Below, piece after piece: positions 36,710 through 45,981 of a stretch of 61,688 nucleotides of DNA. Source of the DNA: a virus (taxonomy: Duplodnaviria > Caudoviricetes); IMG/VR virus record IMGVR_UViG_3300042520_002382, positions 1 through 61,688 of that record; one strand, given 5' to 3'. Made by a program: the position numbers and the translations under genes. The notes under the pieces are model-generated. The model was not told the DNA's origin. It did not search any database and saw nothing but the letters and a program-made list of their open reading frames with translations. How positions within the stretch are numbered: the stretch's first letter is position 1; the number at the start of each line of letters is the position of its first letter.

Positions 36710-37153
36710 GTGCCAGCACTGACGCAGACCCCCTTTGAAGCGGGGCGGATGTTCGCAAACGACTACGCCGGCAAGCGTGCCCGCCTGTGCCTGGCCAACA
36801 ACACCACGTCGCTAGGCCTGGCCAGCACCACGGCGCAGTGGGATGCGGCTGAGATCAGCGGCAACGGCTATGCACGGGTGGAATGGACGATCCCCTCGGG
36901 CAGCTACAACAGCACCACCGAGCGGTTTGAGGTGGCGGCACAGGCCGCTGCCTTCACCGCATCCTCCGGCGGTAGCGGGCTGAGCTGGAACACGGTCTAC
37001 CTGGTCCTCGGCACCATCTCCGGCGGCGTGACGACGTGGTTCACGGGCGTGAGCTACCTGCTCGTGGAATCGCCCACCGTTGCGCTGAGCCCTGGCGAAC
37101 CACGCACCTACAACGTGGTGCTGTTCACTGATGGGTTCGTGGTGACGAGCTGA
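36710..37153 (+). CDS. Tail-associated structural protein
   Basis: EISGNGYAR motif of minor tail proteins. Confidence 0.6.
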   Translation: MPALTQTPFEAGRMFANDYAGKRARLCLANNTTSLGLASTTAQWDAAEISGNGYARVEWTIPSGSYNSTTERFEVAAQAAAFTASSGGSGLSWNTVYLVLGTISGGVTTWFTGVSYLLVESPTVALSPGEPRTYNVVLFTDGFVVTS

Positions 37154-38670
37154 TGGCCGGCAGGGTCAATCTGAATGTGCCGCCGCGGCTAATTGAATCG
37201 GCCCGAGCGGCGCAGTACGCCAACCGCGAAGCGCAGGGGGCGCGGGAGCTGGCCCGCAGGATTGAGGGCAAGGTGCGGCAGCAACGCCAGGCAGCAAAGC
37301 GAGCGCAGCCCCAGGCGCAGACAATCGACGGGCAAGGCGCGGTTTTTGATGCGCCAGCATTGAAGCGCGTCCCGAGGATCTGGAGGAAGCGGAGGCCGTT
37401 GGGTGGTAATGGGTACGGAATAGGCTACATAGTTAACTACGATACCCCCTATGGAAACAACAAATTTCGCATCTATGCTCCAAATGGGACTGCATACGCA
37501 GAGATTGACGAGACCGCCGCAGGATTCATCCCAAACGCAAATCCCTTGGGTAGCTACGTCGGCGTAGTGTTTGAACAGGGTGCACTAGGACCCGGTGAGA
37601 ATGTCGTAGAGGTGGGAGGTGTGTTTTATTATCCCGCCTCCAACAGTGTTTATTCGATACATTCAACAAACTGGACGTTTCTTCCCGCAGGAAATGGCAG
37701 CGCTGTTTTTATTTTTTCTACTTATTACGCTTATGTAGATTTTTACTTAGCCAATATACTGGTCAACCCCGACGAACCTGACGGAGCATATACAGGTATA
37801 GCGCTAGGCAGTTATGTTGATGGCTTAAAACTGGTGCAAAAAGCATTTTTTGTATCCAATAATGCCGTTCAAGAAATAACCGTTGGAAGCGGTTTTAAGT
37901 CTTTTACGGAAGACTCTTTGCTGCCAATGGTGTGGACTAATGTAAGACTTGAGGAAGAGTTCACAAAACAGTTTATCGGCATGGTACGAATACCCAATAT
38001 GTTCGCATCTGCCCCAAGCCCAGGCTTCAAACCCTTTAGCACAGGCTCTAGAGGTTTTTCGCTAGACCCCTATGACCGATCGCTTGACTATTACAGCACT
38101 GTTAGGTTTGGCGATTTAGACTCGGGCGGAATTGCACCGTTACTAGGGTTCGGCCCTGGCATCTACAGCTACCTTGCAAACCCCGCTGCAGCCAATGCAG
38201 CCGTCAATGCGGCAGGCGATGGGCCATGGGCAAAGCAAACCGCAGCGGAGCAGTTTATTGGCGCCGACTTGCTACCCAGCGGCAGCCTTGCCGATTCGTC
38301 AATCAATCCTAAAAAATCCCTGCTTTACACTGGCACTTATCCACCAGCGAATCGGCCCTTTGGCACGATGTCTCAATTTAACGATCCCACCGGAGCTGGT
38401 ACCCTTAATAGAGCGCCTACCCTGCTTAGGTACAATTTAACCCCTACCGATGGGGTGGAAGACCCCCTGTGGGATACTCAGCCCGAAGAACTGGAAGATA
38501 GTGTTTTGTACCGCGAGCCTTTTGGTAGATTTGTGCAGCCAGGCCCTGAATCGCCCTTTGTCCCTAACACGTACACCACCCCCATTCTGTTCTGGGACTG
38601 GGACAACCCCGACTACTGCGAGCGCCAGCTCCTGAGGCTGGGCTTCAGTGAAGCCGATCTGACGCCATGA
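37153..38670 (+). CDS. Putative tail/receptor-binding protein
   Basis: GC-rich ends around an AT-richer core. Confidence 0.55.
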   Translation: MAGRVNLNVPPRLIESARAAQYANREAQGARELARRIEGKVRQQRQAAKRAQPQAQTIDGQGAVFDAPALKRVPRIWRKRRPLGGNGYGIGYIVNYDTPYGNNKFRIYAPNGTAYAEIDETAAGFIPNANPLGSYVGVVFEQGALGPGENVVEVGGVFYYPASNSVYSIHSTNWTFLPAGNGSAVFIFSTYYAYVDFYLANILVNPDEPDGAYTGIALGSYVDGLKLVQKAFFVSNNAVQEITVGSGFKSFTEDSLLPMVWTNVRLEEEFTKQFIGMVRIPNMFASAPSPGFKPFSTGSRGFSLDPYDRSLDYYSTVRFGDLDSGGIAPLLGFGPGIYSYLANPAAANAAVNAAGDGPWAKQTAAEQFIGADLLPSGSLADSSINPKKSLLYTGTYPPANRPFGTMSQFNDPTGAGTLNRAPTLLRYNLTPTDGVEDPLWDTQPEELEDSVLYREPFGRFVQPGPESPFVPNTYTTPILFWDWDNPDYCERQLLRLGFSEADLTP

Positions 38671-38807
38671 CCCCCACCCACGCCCCCGCCTCACCCCTGA
38701 CCCAGACCGCTCAGCTTGTGGCCCTGGCAAACCGGCAACGGCTGCTGCAGCGCCAAGCGGAGGAACGGCTCATCGCCAAGGCTGTGGCGCAGGCTCTCAA
38801 GGGCTGA
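38667..38807 (+). CDS. 46-aa protein (not in ORF track)
   Basis: ATGA overlap; AQLVALANRQRLLQRQAEER. Confidence 0.55.
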   Translation: MTPTHAPASPLTQTAQLVALANRQRLLQRQAEERLIAKAVAQALKG

Positions 38808-38817
38808 TCGATCGAAC

Positions 38818-38827
38818 CGGGAAAACT
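38818..38827 (+). promoter_or_regulatory. Putative late promoter motif CGGGAAAACT
   Basis: 41 nt before the scaffold ATG. Confidence 0.7.
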
Positions 38828-38868
38828 GAGCCGTACCCTGCCCCGGCGGAGCGATTCCCCGGCAACGC

Positions 38869-39687
38869 ATGAAACGGACCCAGATTGATCAGCTCCTCGG
38901 AACTGCCGGCGGACGGCTGCGGCCATGGGCCACCGTGGACCCTGAACCCGTGGACTCGGGGGATGGCGGTGGAGGCGGAAGCGATGAAGGGGGCGACGGC
39001 GCCCCTCTAGGCCCCAACGGGGAGAAAGCCCTTCAAGATGAGCGAGTGCTACGGAAGACGCTGGCCAAGGAGCTTGAGGATCTGCGGGCGCAGATGGAGC
39101 AGATGAAGGGGCTCGTGGACCCCAAGGTTTACGCCCAGGCCCAGGCCCAAGCGGCGGCGCTCAGGCAGCAGCTTGACGACAAGGAGCGGCTGTCGGCCGA
39201 AGAGCGGCAGCGCCTGGAGGCCAAGGCCAACGATCGGGTCAGCAAGGCGGAAGCCCGCGCCACCAAGGCCGAGGCCGATCGCATCCAACTGCAGGTCAAG
39301 ACCTTTGCGCAGGGGCTGTTCCTGGCGACCGATGGCCGCGATGGTGGCGACGGAAGCGGAAAAACCTACTTTGACGCCTGGTTCGCCTTCCACGGCAGCC
39401 AGCACATCCGGGTGGACCCTGCCACAGGCAAAGAGTTCATCGTTGATGCCGATGGCGATCCTGTGAAGGAGGGTGACCAGAACGTTGATCCGGTGAAGTG
39501 GCTGAACGAGCAGGCGGACGGCTCGGCCGTGGTCGGGAGCTTCTTCAAACCCAAGGGCGGCAGCGGCGGCGGCGGCCTGGTCGGCGCTCGCGGGTTCCGC
39601 ACCACGCAGGGGCTCACCCCGGAACAGGTCAGGAGCCTTACCGCCAGCCAGAAAATGGCCATGCACCGGGAGGCAGCCGGCCGTTGA
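38869..39687 (+). CDS. Capsid scaffolding protein
   Basis: Coiled coil; LGPNGEKALQDER; FFKPKGGSGGG; directly upstream of the capsid gene. Confidence 0.8.
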   Translation: MKRTQIDQLLGTAGGRLRPWATVDPEPVDSGDGGGGGSDEGGDGAPLGPNGEKALQDERVLRKTLAKELEDLRAQMEQMKGLVDPKVYAQAQAQAAALRQQLDDKERLSAEERQRLEAKANDRVSKAEARATKAEADRIQLQVKTFAQGLFLATDGRDGGDGSGKTYFDAWFAFHGSQHIRVDPATGKEFIVDADGDPVKEGDQNVDPVKWLNEQADGSAVVGSFFKPKGGSGGGGLVGARGFRTTQGLTPEQVRSLTASQKMAMHREAAGR

Positions 39688-39704
39688 GGGCATGCCCGGC
39701 GAAC

Positions 39705-39714
39705 CGGGAAAACT
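39705..39714 (+). promoter_or_regulatory. Putative late promoter motif CGGGAAAACT (capsid)
   Basis: Followed by a ~160-nt structured leader. Confidence 0.7.
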
Positions 39715-39721
39715 GAGGCGA

Positions 39722-39771
39722 CCCTCAAGCGCGATGCGGCGGGGTCACCCCTCAAGCGCGATGCGGCGGGG
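39722..39771 (+). repeat. 23-bp direct repeat in the capsid leader
   Basis: CCCTCAAGCGCGATGCGGCGGGG at 39722 and 39749. Confidence 0.85.
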
Positions 39772-39872
39772 GCAACTGAACCTCTGAGCCCGTGGCTTGT
39801 GCGGTGTGGCGCGATGCCTGTCCAGACAACCACTGAGCAAAGAACCCCGCCCACCTTCACACCTTCCTAATC

Positions 39873-40850
39873 GTGGCCGTCACCACCTACCACCAAGTTT
39901 TCGAGCAGAAGTCTTTCGAGGCCGATGCAAACATGCAGGAGCTTGCTGTTCTCCAGACCATGCTGGACAACGGCCCCCTGTTCGCCATGCTGCCCTTCAA
40001 GGACATCGTGGGCGCGTCTGAGGTGTTTTCCTTGGAAGATGAGCTGCCGTTCGTGGCTGCTCGCCTCCTTGACGAAAAGCCCCAGAACGGACGTGGGAGC
40101 TCAATCCCGCAGTCGGTTATCACTGCGATCTACACGGCCGACATCGAAACCGATGTTCAGCGGCTGGCTCGCGAAGGTCGCGGATCTCACGACACTGAGG
40201 TTCTGCGCAATGCACGCGCCATCCGCATGCAGTTGGAGACCGATTTCGTGCGCGGCAGCCTCAATGCCACCGGCGGCCGGTCGTTCAACGGCCTTGCCAA
40301 CCTGATCAAGGCTGAAACCACCAACAGCCAGTCTATCCGCAACGATGCAACCGGAGCTGCCCCCAAACTTGCGGCCCTGGACGACATGATGAACCAGGTG
40401 GACGCGGCCCCAAGCGAGAAGAAGCTGCTGATCCCCAAGGCCCTGCGGCCCGCTCTGCAGGCGCTGAAGCGTGATCAGGCCTTGACCGGGAACTTGGAGC
40501 TTGCCGAGAACTCTCTCGGGCAGCCAGCAATGTTCTACGACGAGGCCGAAATCATCCTCACGGATGTTGATCCCGCCAACGTCGCAATTCAGGGTTTCAC
40601 CGAAGGGAGCGGTAGCAATACCTGCTCCATCTATTGCGTTGCCCTTGGCGAGGATTCGGTCTACATGGCCCAAGGCCTAAGTATGGCCAACGGCGAGCTG
40701 CGGCCCGGCCTGGTGGTTTACGACGTGGGCGAGGCATACGCCACAACCCACTTCAAGACCCGGATCAATATCGACTGCGCAGCGGTGATCAAAAACCCCC
40801 GCAAGGCCGCCCGCCTTTACAACGTGACCAAGGCCAACTTTACGGCCTGA
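39873..40850 (+). CDS. Major capsid protein (HK97 fold)
   Basis: 325 aa; LFAMLPF, SFNGLANL, LAALDDM, NPRKAARLYNV. Confidence 0.85.
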   Translation: MAVTTYHQVFEQKSFEADANMQELAVLQTMLDNGPLFAMLPFKDIVGASEVFSLEDELPFVAARLLDEKPQNGRGSSIPQSVITAIYTADIETDVQRLAREGRGSHDTEVLRNARAIRMQLETDFVRGSLNATGGRSFNGLANLIKAETTNSQSIRNDATGAAPKLAALDDMMNQVDAAPSEKKLLIPKALRPALQALKRDQALTGNLELAENSLGQPAMFYDEAEIILTDVDPANVAIQGFTEGSGSNTCSIYCVALGEDSVYMAQGLSMANGELRPGLVVYDVGEAYATTHFKTRINIDCAAVIKNPRKAARLYNVTKANFTA

Positions 40851-40887
40851 TTTAATCCTCTCCGCTCCTTTTACCCCCTGATTCATC

Positions 40888-41598
40888 ATGCCTGCTGCAG
40901 TTGGTTACACGTCTCAACGAGCCGCCCGGATCGACCGGGACAGCATCCTGCTGGGCTCTGTCAGAGCCGGCGTCCTTGGCAATGGCGACCTTGAGGTCGC
41001 CAGCACCCGCGACGGCTCCGCCCGCCTCCTGGAGGGCCGCATCAACCCCTACGACAACTGGAAGGTTGTCGCCGTTGGGGGCCAGTCCTCCTCGGCTGGC
41101 GGCTATCTGGTGCAGATGGCTCACGTTGCCCAGAACGGCCTCCTGGCCGATGCTTCAGCATGGGCCACCATCGGCGCCATCGCGTTCTCTGGGACCGCTG
41201 AGATCCCCCTGGGGTTCACCGGTGATCAGGTGGAAGCGTTGGTGGAAGCCGCTGCCGTTGCGGCCGGCGCTGCGATCACCGGCAAAACCCGAGTGACCGC
41301 GCTCCGGCTTCGCCCTGGCACCGGCAGCCTTTCCATCAGCAACATTGCGTTGACCACCAACGTGGCAACCATCACCCTGTCAGCGGCTCACACCATGCTG
41401 CCGGGTGAAGTTGTGACGGTGGTTTGCTCCAATACCGCGCTGAATGGCAGTTTTGTCATCAAAACGGTTGGCTCCACCACGTTCACTTTCGACTCAACCC
41501 AGAGCAACATCACCAGCGCTGCGGCGACTGGCACCGTGACGAACGGTGTTGCCGTTCCCGCCGGCACCGGAAACCGCATCCACCTCCAGCGGACCTGA
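40888..41598 (+). CDS. Putative head decoration protein
   Basis: Follows the capsid gene; shares a Thr-rich beta domain with 22168..23022. Confidence 0.6.
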   Translation: MPAAVGYTSQRAARIDRDSILLGSVRAGVLGNGDLEVASTRDGSARLLEGRINPYDNWKVVAVGGQSSSAGGYLVQMAHVAQNGLLADASAWATIGAIAFSGTAEIPLGFTGDQVEALVEAAAVAAGAAITGKTRVTALRLRPGTGSLSISNIALTTNVATITLSAAHTMLPGEVVTVVCSNTALNGSFVIKTVGSTTFTFDSTQSNITSAAATGTVTNGVAVPAGTGNRIHLQRT

Positions 41599-41619
41599 TC
41601 GCCAGGTCCATCCATCCAT

Positions 41620-41642
41620 GGGGAGGCTTCGGCCTCCCCTTT
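41620..41642 (+). terminator. Terminator hairpin
   Basis: GGGGAGGC-TTCG-GCCTCCCC-TTT. Confidence 0.7.
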
Positions 41643-41660
41643 CCTGCAGGAGCAACCCTC

Positions 41661-41960
41661 GTGAGCATTCAATCAATCAGTGCCTGCCCTGGGATGGCCT
41701 GGAACCCAGGGTCTGGCTGGGCTGGACCGGCTGCTGCCTCAGGCGTGGCCGCTGAGCCTGCAGCGCCTGATCCCGAGCCCCGGCGCCCGGCGGGCAGGGC
41801 CCGCCTGCGGCGCCGCGCCCGCACCGAGCAAGGCACCTTCCAGCCCGACGACCCGGCAACACCTGACGTGGATGAGGCATTCGAGGAAGCGCCCGAAGCC
41901 GAGGCCGAAGCGCAACCCGATGCCGAGGCCCAGCCGGGAAAACTGGTGCAGAGGGACTGA
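41661..41960 (+). CDS. Small disordered protein with RARxxxGTFxxDDPATPDVDEA motif
   Basis: GTG start in track ORF 41424..41960. Confidence 0.55.
   Translation: MSIQSISACPGMAWNPGSGWAGPAAASGVAAEPAAPDPEPRRPAGRARLRRRARTEQGTFQPDDPATPDVDEAFEEAPEAEAEAQPDAEAQPGKLVQRD
41935..41944 (+). promoter_or_regulatory. Putative late promoter motif CGGGAAAACT
   Basis: 20 nt before ATG 41965. Confidence 0.75.
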
Positions 41961-41964
41961 TCGG

Positions 41965-42318
41965 ATGGCCTGGGACGAGGGCGAAGCGATCACATGGGAG
42001 CAGGGCCTTGATGGCGCCGTTCTGATTGAGTTGTTCAACGGCCAGCAGGCGTGGCCATTCCCTGGTTGGGATATAAATGCAGTCTTGTCTGACGAAAAAG
42101 GACGCGCCGTTTACAGTCTCACCACTATTGTAGATACTATTGCTGGAACAATCCGAGTCATTGCCCCTGAAGCCATAATCAATAGCCTCAAGGTTTCTAA
42201 GGCGTGGTTCCTTAATGTTTTGATGATTGCCCCCGGCAATATCCAGGCCGATGATCATCACCTGATATACCGGCCGGTAACGATTGCAGTTCGCCCCGCC
42301 AGGAGGGATCCAGCATGA
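41965..42318 (+). CDS. Putative fibre adaptor protein
   Basis: ATG at motif spacing; beta-rich, 117 aa. Confidence 0.55.
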   Translation: MAWDEGEAITWEQGLDGAVLIELFNGQQAWPFPGWDINAVLSDEKGRAVYSLTTIVDTIAGTIRVIAPEAIINSLKVSKAWFLNVLMIAPGNIQADDHHLIYRPVTIAVRPARRDPA

Positions 42319-42941
42319 GCTGCCCAACCGTTATCCGGGTCACAACCGGCACCGGGCCGCCTGGGATCGGCTTACCTGCGGGCACTGCCGATGCCGGGAA
42401 GTACGTGCGGAAGGCGGGCAGCACGGCCTACGCCTACGAACTGGTCACGCCTGATCAGGTGGGGCTGCCGCAGGGGCTGAGCAGCACCAGTTCGCCCACG
42501 TTTGCTGGGCTGACGCTTGGAGGCATGTCATCGGCTGTTGGCAGCCTGGTGCTGGTAGGGGCCAATGGACAGCTCACCACGGTGCTGCTGGGCACCAATC
42601 TGTCGCTAGTTGACGGGGCCCTGGTTGTAGCAGGCGGCAGCAGCGGCGGCGGTGGGTATCCGTTATACGCAATCACCAACACATATACCGCCAGCGGCGC
42701 AATATCCCCCACTGACCGCGTGGCGGTCATCAACTCCGCCAGCGCGGTCACAATGACCCTGGCGGCTGGGCCCAGCGATGGCCACTCCATGGTTATTAAG
42801 CGCTTCGGGGCTGGGGCCGTAACAGTTACTGCGGTCTTTGACGGCGCCAACTTCAGCATCGTGGCCGATTCAGCAACCATAAGAGAATCAGTGCAACTGA
42901 CCTGGGCACCCAGCCTCGCCACTTGGCTAATCCTTGGCTAA
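42315..42941 (+). CDS. Tail-fibre-like protein
   Basis: GPPGIGLPAG, LSSTSSPTFAGLTL. Confidence 0.65.
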   Translation: MSCPTVIRVTTGTGPPGIGLPAGTADAGKYVRKAGSTAYAYELVTPDQVGLPQGLSSTSSPTFAGLTLGGMSSAVGSLVLVGANGQLTTVLLGTNLSLVDGALVVAGGSSGGGGYPLYAITNTYTASGAISPTDRVAVINSASAVTMTLAAGPSDGHSMVIKRFGAGAVTVTAVFDGANFSIVADSATIRESVQLTWAPSLATWLILG

Positions 42942-42956
42942 TCCTGTGAGGTAACC

Positions 42957-45260
42957 ATGCCAACTCTTGACTATTTTGTTCGTGGTGCAGGCGAAACCAG
43001 TCCATTTAATCTGGTAAACCATACGCCTGATGCTGGCGGTTCGTGGTCCATTCACACCGGCGGAAACTTTATTGTTTCCCCTAATAACTACGCTAGACTT
43101 TCCAATAGCTCGACGTTATCCATAGCGCAATGGACCGGCGATACCGGAATCGATAATTACGAAGCCGCTGTCGAAGGATTTTGGAGAAGTGCCCCAGAAA
43201 GCTCTGTCATTGCCGTATGCACGCGACTTGAATCCGGCGCTGGCGTAATGCACCGGATGTATGTATCCGGTGCTAATTTTGCTTTGGATATTCTTGATGC
43301 GTTTGGCGGCTATACGGGCCGTGCTGCATTGCCAAACGCAGGCGCGGTTAAGACCGATAACCCCTATTTAGTAGTCGGAACCTGCAACGGCACTACTTTT
43401 ACAACATCAGTAAAGGATTTGGTTTCAAGTCTGTGGCTAACATCGGCTGGAACTTTTACGAGTAGCGCTCGCGTTGCCGCGCTAACCGCAACTATTACGC
43501 ATTCTTCTGCCCGGGGTAGAATTGGAATACACGATTATGCTGGCGCAACTGACACAACCGGCTCCAGCTTCGACGCAGTTTCCTACGGCGAAGTTGGCAC
43601 CCTCGGAGCCACCCTTCCGCCGACTGCCATCACACTCACCGGCCCAACATCGGGAACCGTTGGCCAGGCGTCAACCAACTTTACGATTGGGACTGACAAC
43701 CCTGTGCAATCGGGATCTGTTGTTGTAACCCCGTCTGATGGGGGCGACGGGGGTACTTTTACGCCAACGACTGTCACCCTGACATCTTCGACCGCCACAG
43801 CAACCTTCACTTATACGGCTGCCACATCTGGCACGAAAACCATTTCGGTCACAAACAATGCCAGTCTGACCAACCCATCCAGCATTTCGTACACGGCATC
43901 AGCGCCTGCGCCGGTAACGACCTACACGCTGACCGGACCATCTACCTGCACCGTCGGCCAAGCCTCTTCCAACTTCACCGCCACCCTTGGAACCGGCGTT
44001 CTCACTGGCACCGTTGTCATCACGCCTTCTGCTGGAGCTGGAGGCGGAACGTTCAGCCCTTCTTCCGTCTCACTGACAAATACCACCAGAAGCGCGACGT
44101 TCACTTACACCGCTGCAAGCGCTGGCAGCAAGACAATCGCCACGACCAACGACGGTGGCCTGACGAACCCAGCGTCTCTAAGCGTCACGGCATCAACCAA
44201 TCAGACGATCTATTGCGATAATGCTGCAATCGTTAAGTCACCTACCAACTGGGTGCTGAGCGGCAGCACAGGAGCACAAGCGGCCGAAACTGTTTGGCCC
44301 GGTAGCTACATGAGGCTGAGATTCGATGGAACCGCCATCAATATCAACGTCTCAACAGCAGGACTAAGCGCCTATCCGTGGGTGCTGTATCAAGTGGACA
44401 GCCTCAACCCTGTTATTGCAAAGTTGACCGCAGGGCAGACGGCAATCAGTATTACCGGCCTTTCCGCAGGGGCGCATGAGCTGAATGTGATCTATCAGGC
44501 CAGGGACGACTATAACCAGGCCGGCACATGGGGCGATGCCCAGAAGCTGCAAATCGTATCTTTCGTGCCAAGTGGCGGGACGGGACTGTTGGCGGCGCCT
44601 GCAGCACGACCAAAACGAGCGATCATCTATGGCGATTCAATCACAGCGGGCCTGGCCGTCACTGCGCCCCCCGGAGTCACGACGGCGGTTGGCGTCAACG
44701 CCGCAACGGCCTCCTACGCCAACCACATCGGCGTCGGATTGAATGCAGAGTTTGATCAAGCCGGATGTGGGGCAGACGGCTGGACGGTCGGCGGCGTTGG
44801 CGGGTTCCCCGCTCTCCCCAGCGGCTGGAACCTGAAGAAGCCCGGAGTCCCCAGAAGCCTTGCCGCCCATGATTACGTTGTCGTGATCCATGGCTACAAC
44901 GACGGGGCTACCGATATAGCGTCGTCGGTCGTCACCAACTGGATCACTGCGGTTCGAGCAACGACAGCAGCCTGGATTTTTATCTGCGTTCCATTTTCTG
45001 GACGGCAGCGCGGAGCAATCACAGCGGGAGTTGCGAGCTATATCGCCGCCAACCCAAGCGAGGCGAAAGTGAAGGTGATTGATCTGGGCTCGTTCTATCA
45101 ATCCGCCCAGTCTGGCTACTACACGACCGATGGCATTCATCCAAATAGCTGGCAAGGTGGTCGGCTGGCTGCCGCATACGTGGGAGGGATGGTGCAACAT
45201 ATCGGTACTGGTGCTGCGGTGGCAGCGCCGACCTATCGAGGGGGGTTCAGGAGGGTGTGA
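42957..45260 (+). CDS. Tail spike/fibre with tandem Ig-like repeats and an SGNH/GDSL esterase domain
   Basis: IYGDSIT, HGYND and DGIHP blocks; duplicated ~100-aa LTGPxxxTVGQAS repeat. Confidence 0.8.
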   Translation: MPTLDYFVRGAGETSPFNLVNHTPDAGGSWSIHTGGNFIVSPNNYARLSNSSTLSIAQWTGDTGIDNYEAAVEGFWRSAPESSVIAVCTRLESGAGVMHRMYVSGANFALDILDAFGGYTGRAALPNAGAVKTDNPYLVVGTCNGTTFTTSVKDLVSSLWLTSAGTFTSSARVAALTATITHSSARGRIGIHDYAGATDTTGSSFDAVSYGEVGTLGATLPPTAITLTGPTSGTVGQASTNFTIGTDNPVQSGSVVVTPSDGGDGGTFTPTTVTLTSSTATATFTYTAATSGTKTISVTNNASLTNPSSISYTASAPAPVTTYTLTGPSTCTVGQASSNFTATLGTGVLTGTVVITPSAGAGGGTFSPSSVSLTNTTRSATFTYTAASAGSKTIATTNDGGLTNPASLSVTASTNQTIYCDNAAIVKSPTNWVLSGSTGAQAAETVWPGSYMRLRFDGTAININVSTAGLSAYPWVLYQVDSLNPVIAKLTAGQTAISITGLSAGAHELNVIYQARDDYNQAGTWGDAQKLQIVSFVPSGGTGLLAAPAARPKRAIIYGDSITAGLAVTAPPGVTTAVGVNAATASYANHIGVGLNAEFDQAGCGADGWTVGGVGGFPALPSGWNLKKPGVPRSLAAHDYVVVIHGYNDGATDIASSVVTNWITAVRATTAAWIFICVPFSGRQRGAITAGVASYIAANPSEAKVKVIDLGSFYQSAQSGYYTTDGIHPNSWQGGRLAAAYVGGMVQHIGTGAAVAAPTYRGGFRRV

Positions 45261-45448
45261 CTCAACGGTAGCCAGCCTGCTCAACTAAAGCCAGTTTTCG
45301 TAAACCTTGTGAACATGCCACCAACAACGCAATCGTCCCAGCCAATTCACCCGACCTTTGCGCCATGACCGCCTGGCACCTGGCACTGTTCCCAGTCGCC
45401 TGGTACCTGGTGACAGCGGTGCCTGCCATGCCGCCTGAAGTGCTGCAT

Positions 45449-45458
45449 CGGGAAAACT
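45449..45458 (+). promoter_or_regulatory. Putative late promoter motif CGGGAAAACT
   Basis: 20 nt before ATG 45479. Confidence 0.75.
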
Positions 45459-45478
45459 GAGGCAGAGCACAGCACCCC

Positions 45479-45736
45479 ATGACCAGCGGCAACCAACCCC
45501 CCGGCAAACCGCCGTTCTGGCTTGAGGTTGAGCAACAAGTGGCGGCGGGGTTGATTTTGCTTGCCGTGGCTGGCATTGGTTACATCGGCATAACCGTACC
45601 CAGGCAACTGGATTTAGTCCTTGAGAATCAGAAGGCCATCCTCGGTCGCCAGGTCGCCGCAGAGCAGCGGCTTGAGAAAGTGGAGGCTGCGCTTAACGGT
45701 ATTGATCGGCGTGTGACGCGATTGGAGGCCCAGTGA
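45479..45736 (+). CDS. Membrane protein with coiled coil, holin-like
   Basis: One hydrophobic helix, then IDRRVTRLE. Confidence 0.55.
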   Translation: MTSGNQPPGKPPFWLEVEQQVAAGLILLAVAGIGYIGITVPRQLDLVLENQKAILGRQVAAEQRLEKVEAALNGIDRRVTRLEAQ

Positions 45737-45981
45737 ACTGCCGGGAGCTGATCAGCGGCACGGTGGCCCTGTGCCTGGGGCTGGCGGCTGCTGGCGGCTT
45801 CGGCGGAGCGATCTACTGCCAGAGCAAGGGGGGCGACTGCGAGGAGGCCTGGAAAGCGGCCATCGCCGGGGCCTTGGCGGCGGCCACCACCGGCGGAACC
45901 CTGCTGGCCCAACTGGATGGCCGGAGGCGCGACCCTGAGGGGCTGGAGGGGCCACCGCGGGGCGACGGGGGGAGAGGCTGA
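45733..45981 (+). CDS. Small two-helix membrane protein, holin-like
   Basis: Two hydrophobic segments; charged C-terminus. Confidence 0.5.
   Translation: MNCRELISGTVALCLGLAAAGGFGGAIYCQSKGGDCEEAWKAAIAGALAAATTGGTLLAQLDGRRRDPEGLEGPPRGDGGRG

Noticed and set aside
33840-38670. Diversity-generating retroelement or invertase-driven tail variation
   Set aside because: No reverse transcriptase, template/variable repeat pair, invertase or flanking inverted repeats were seen
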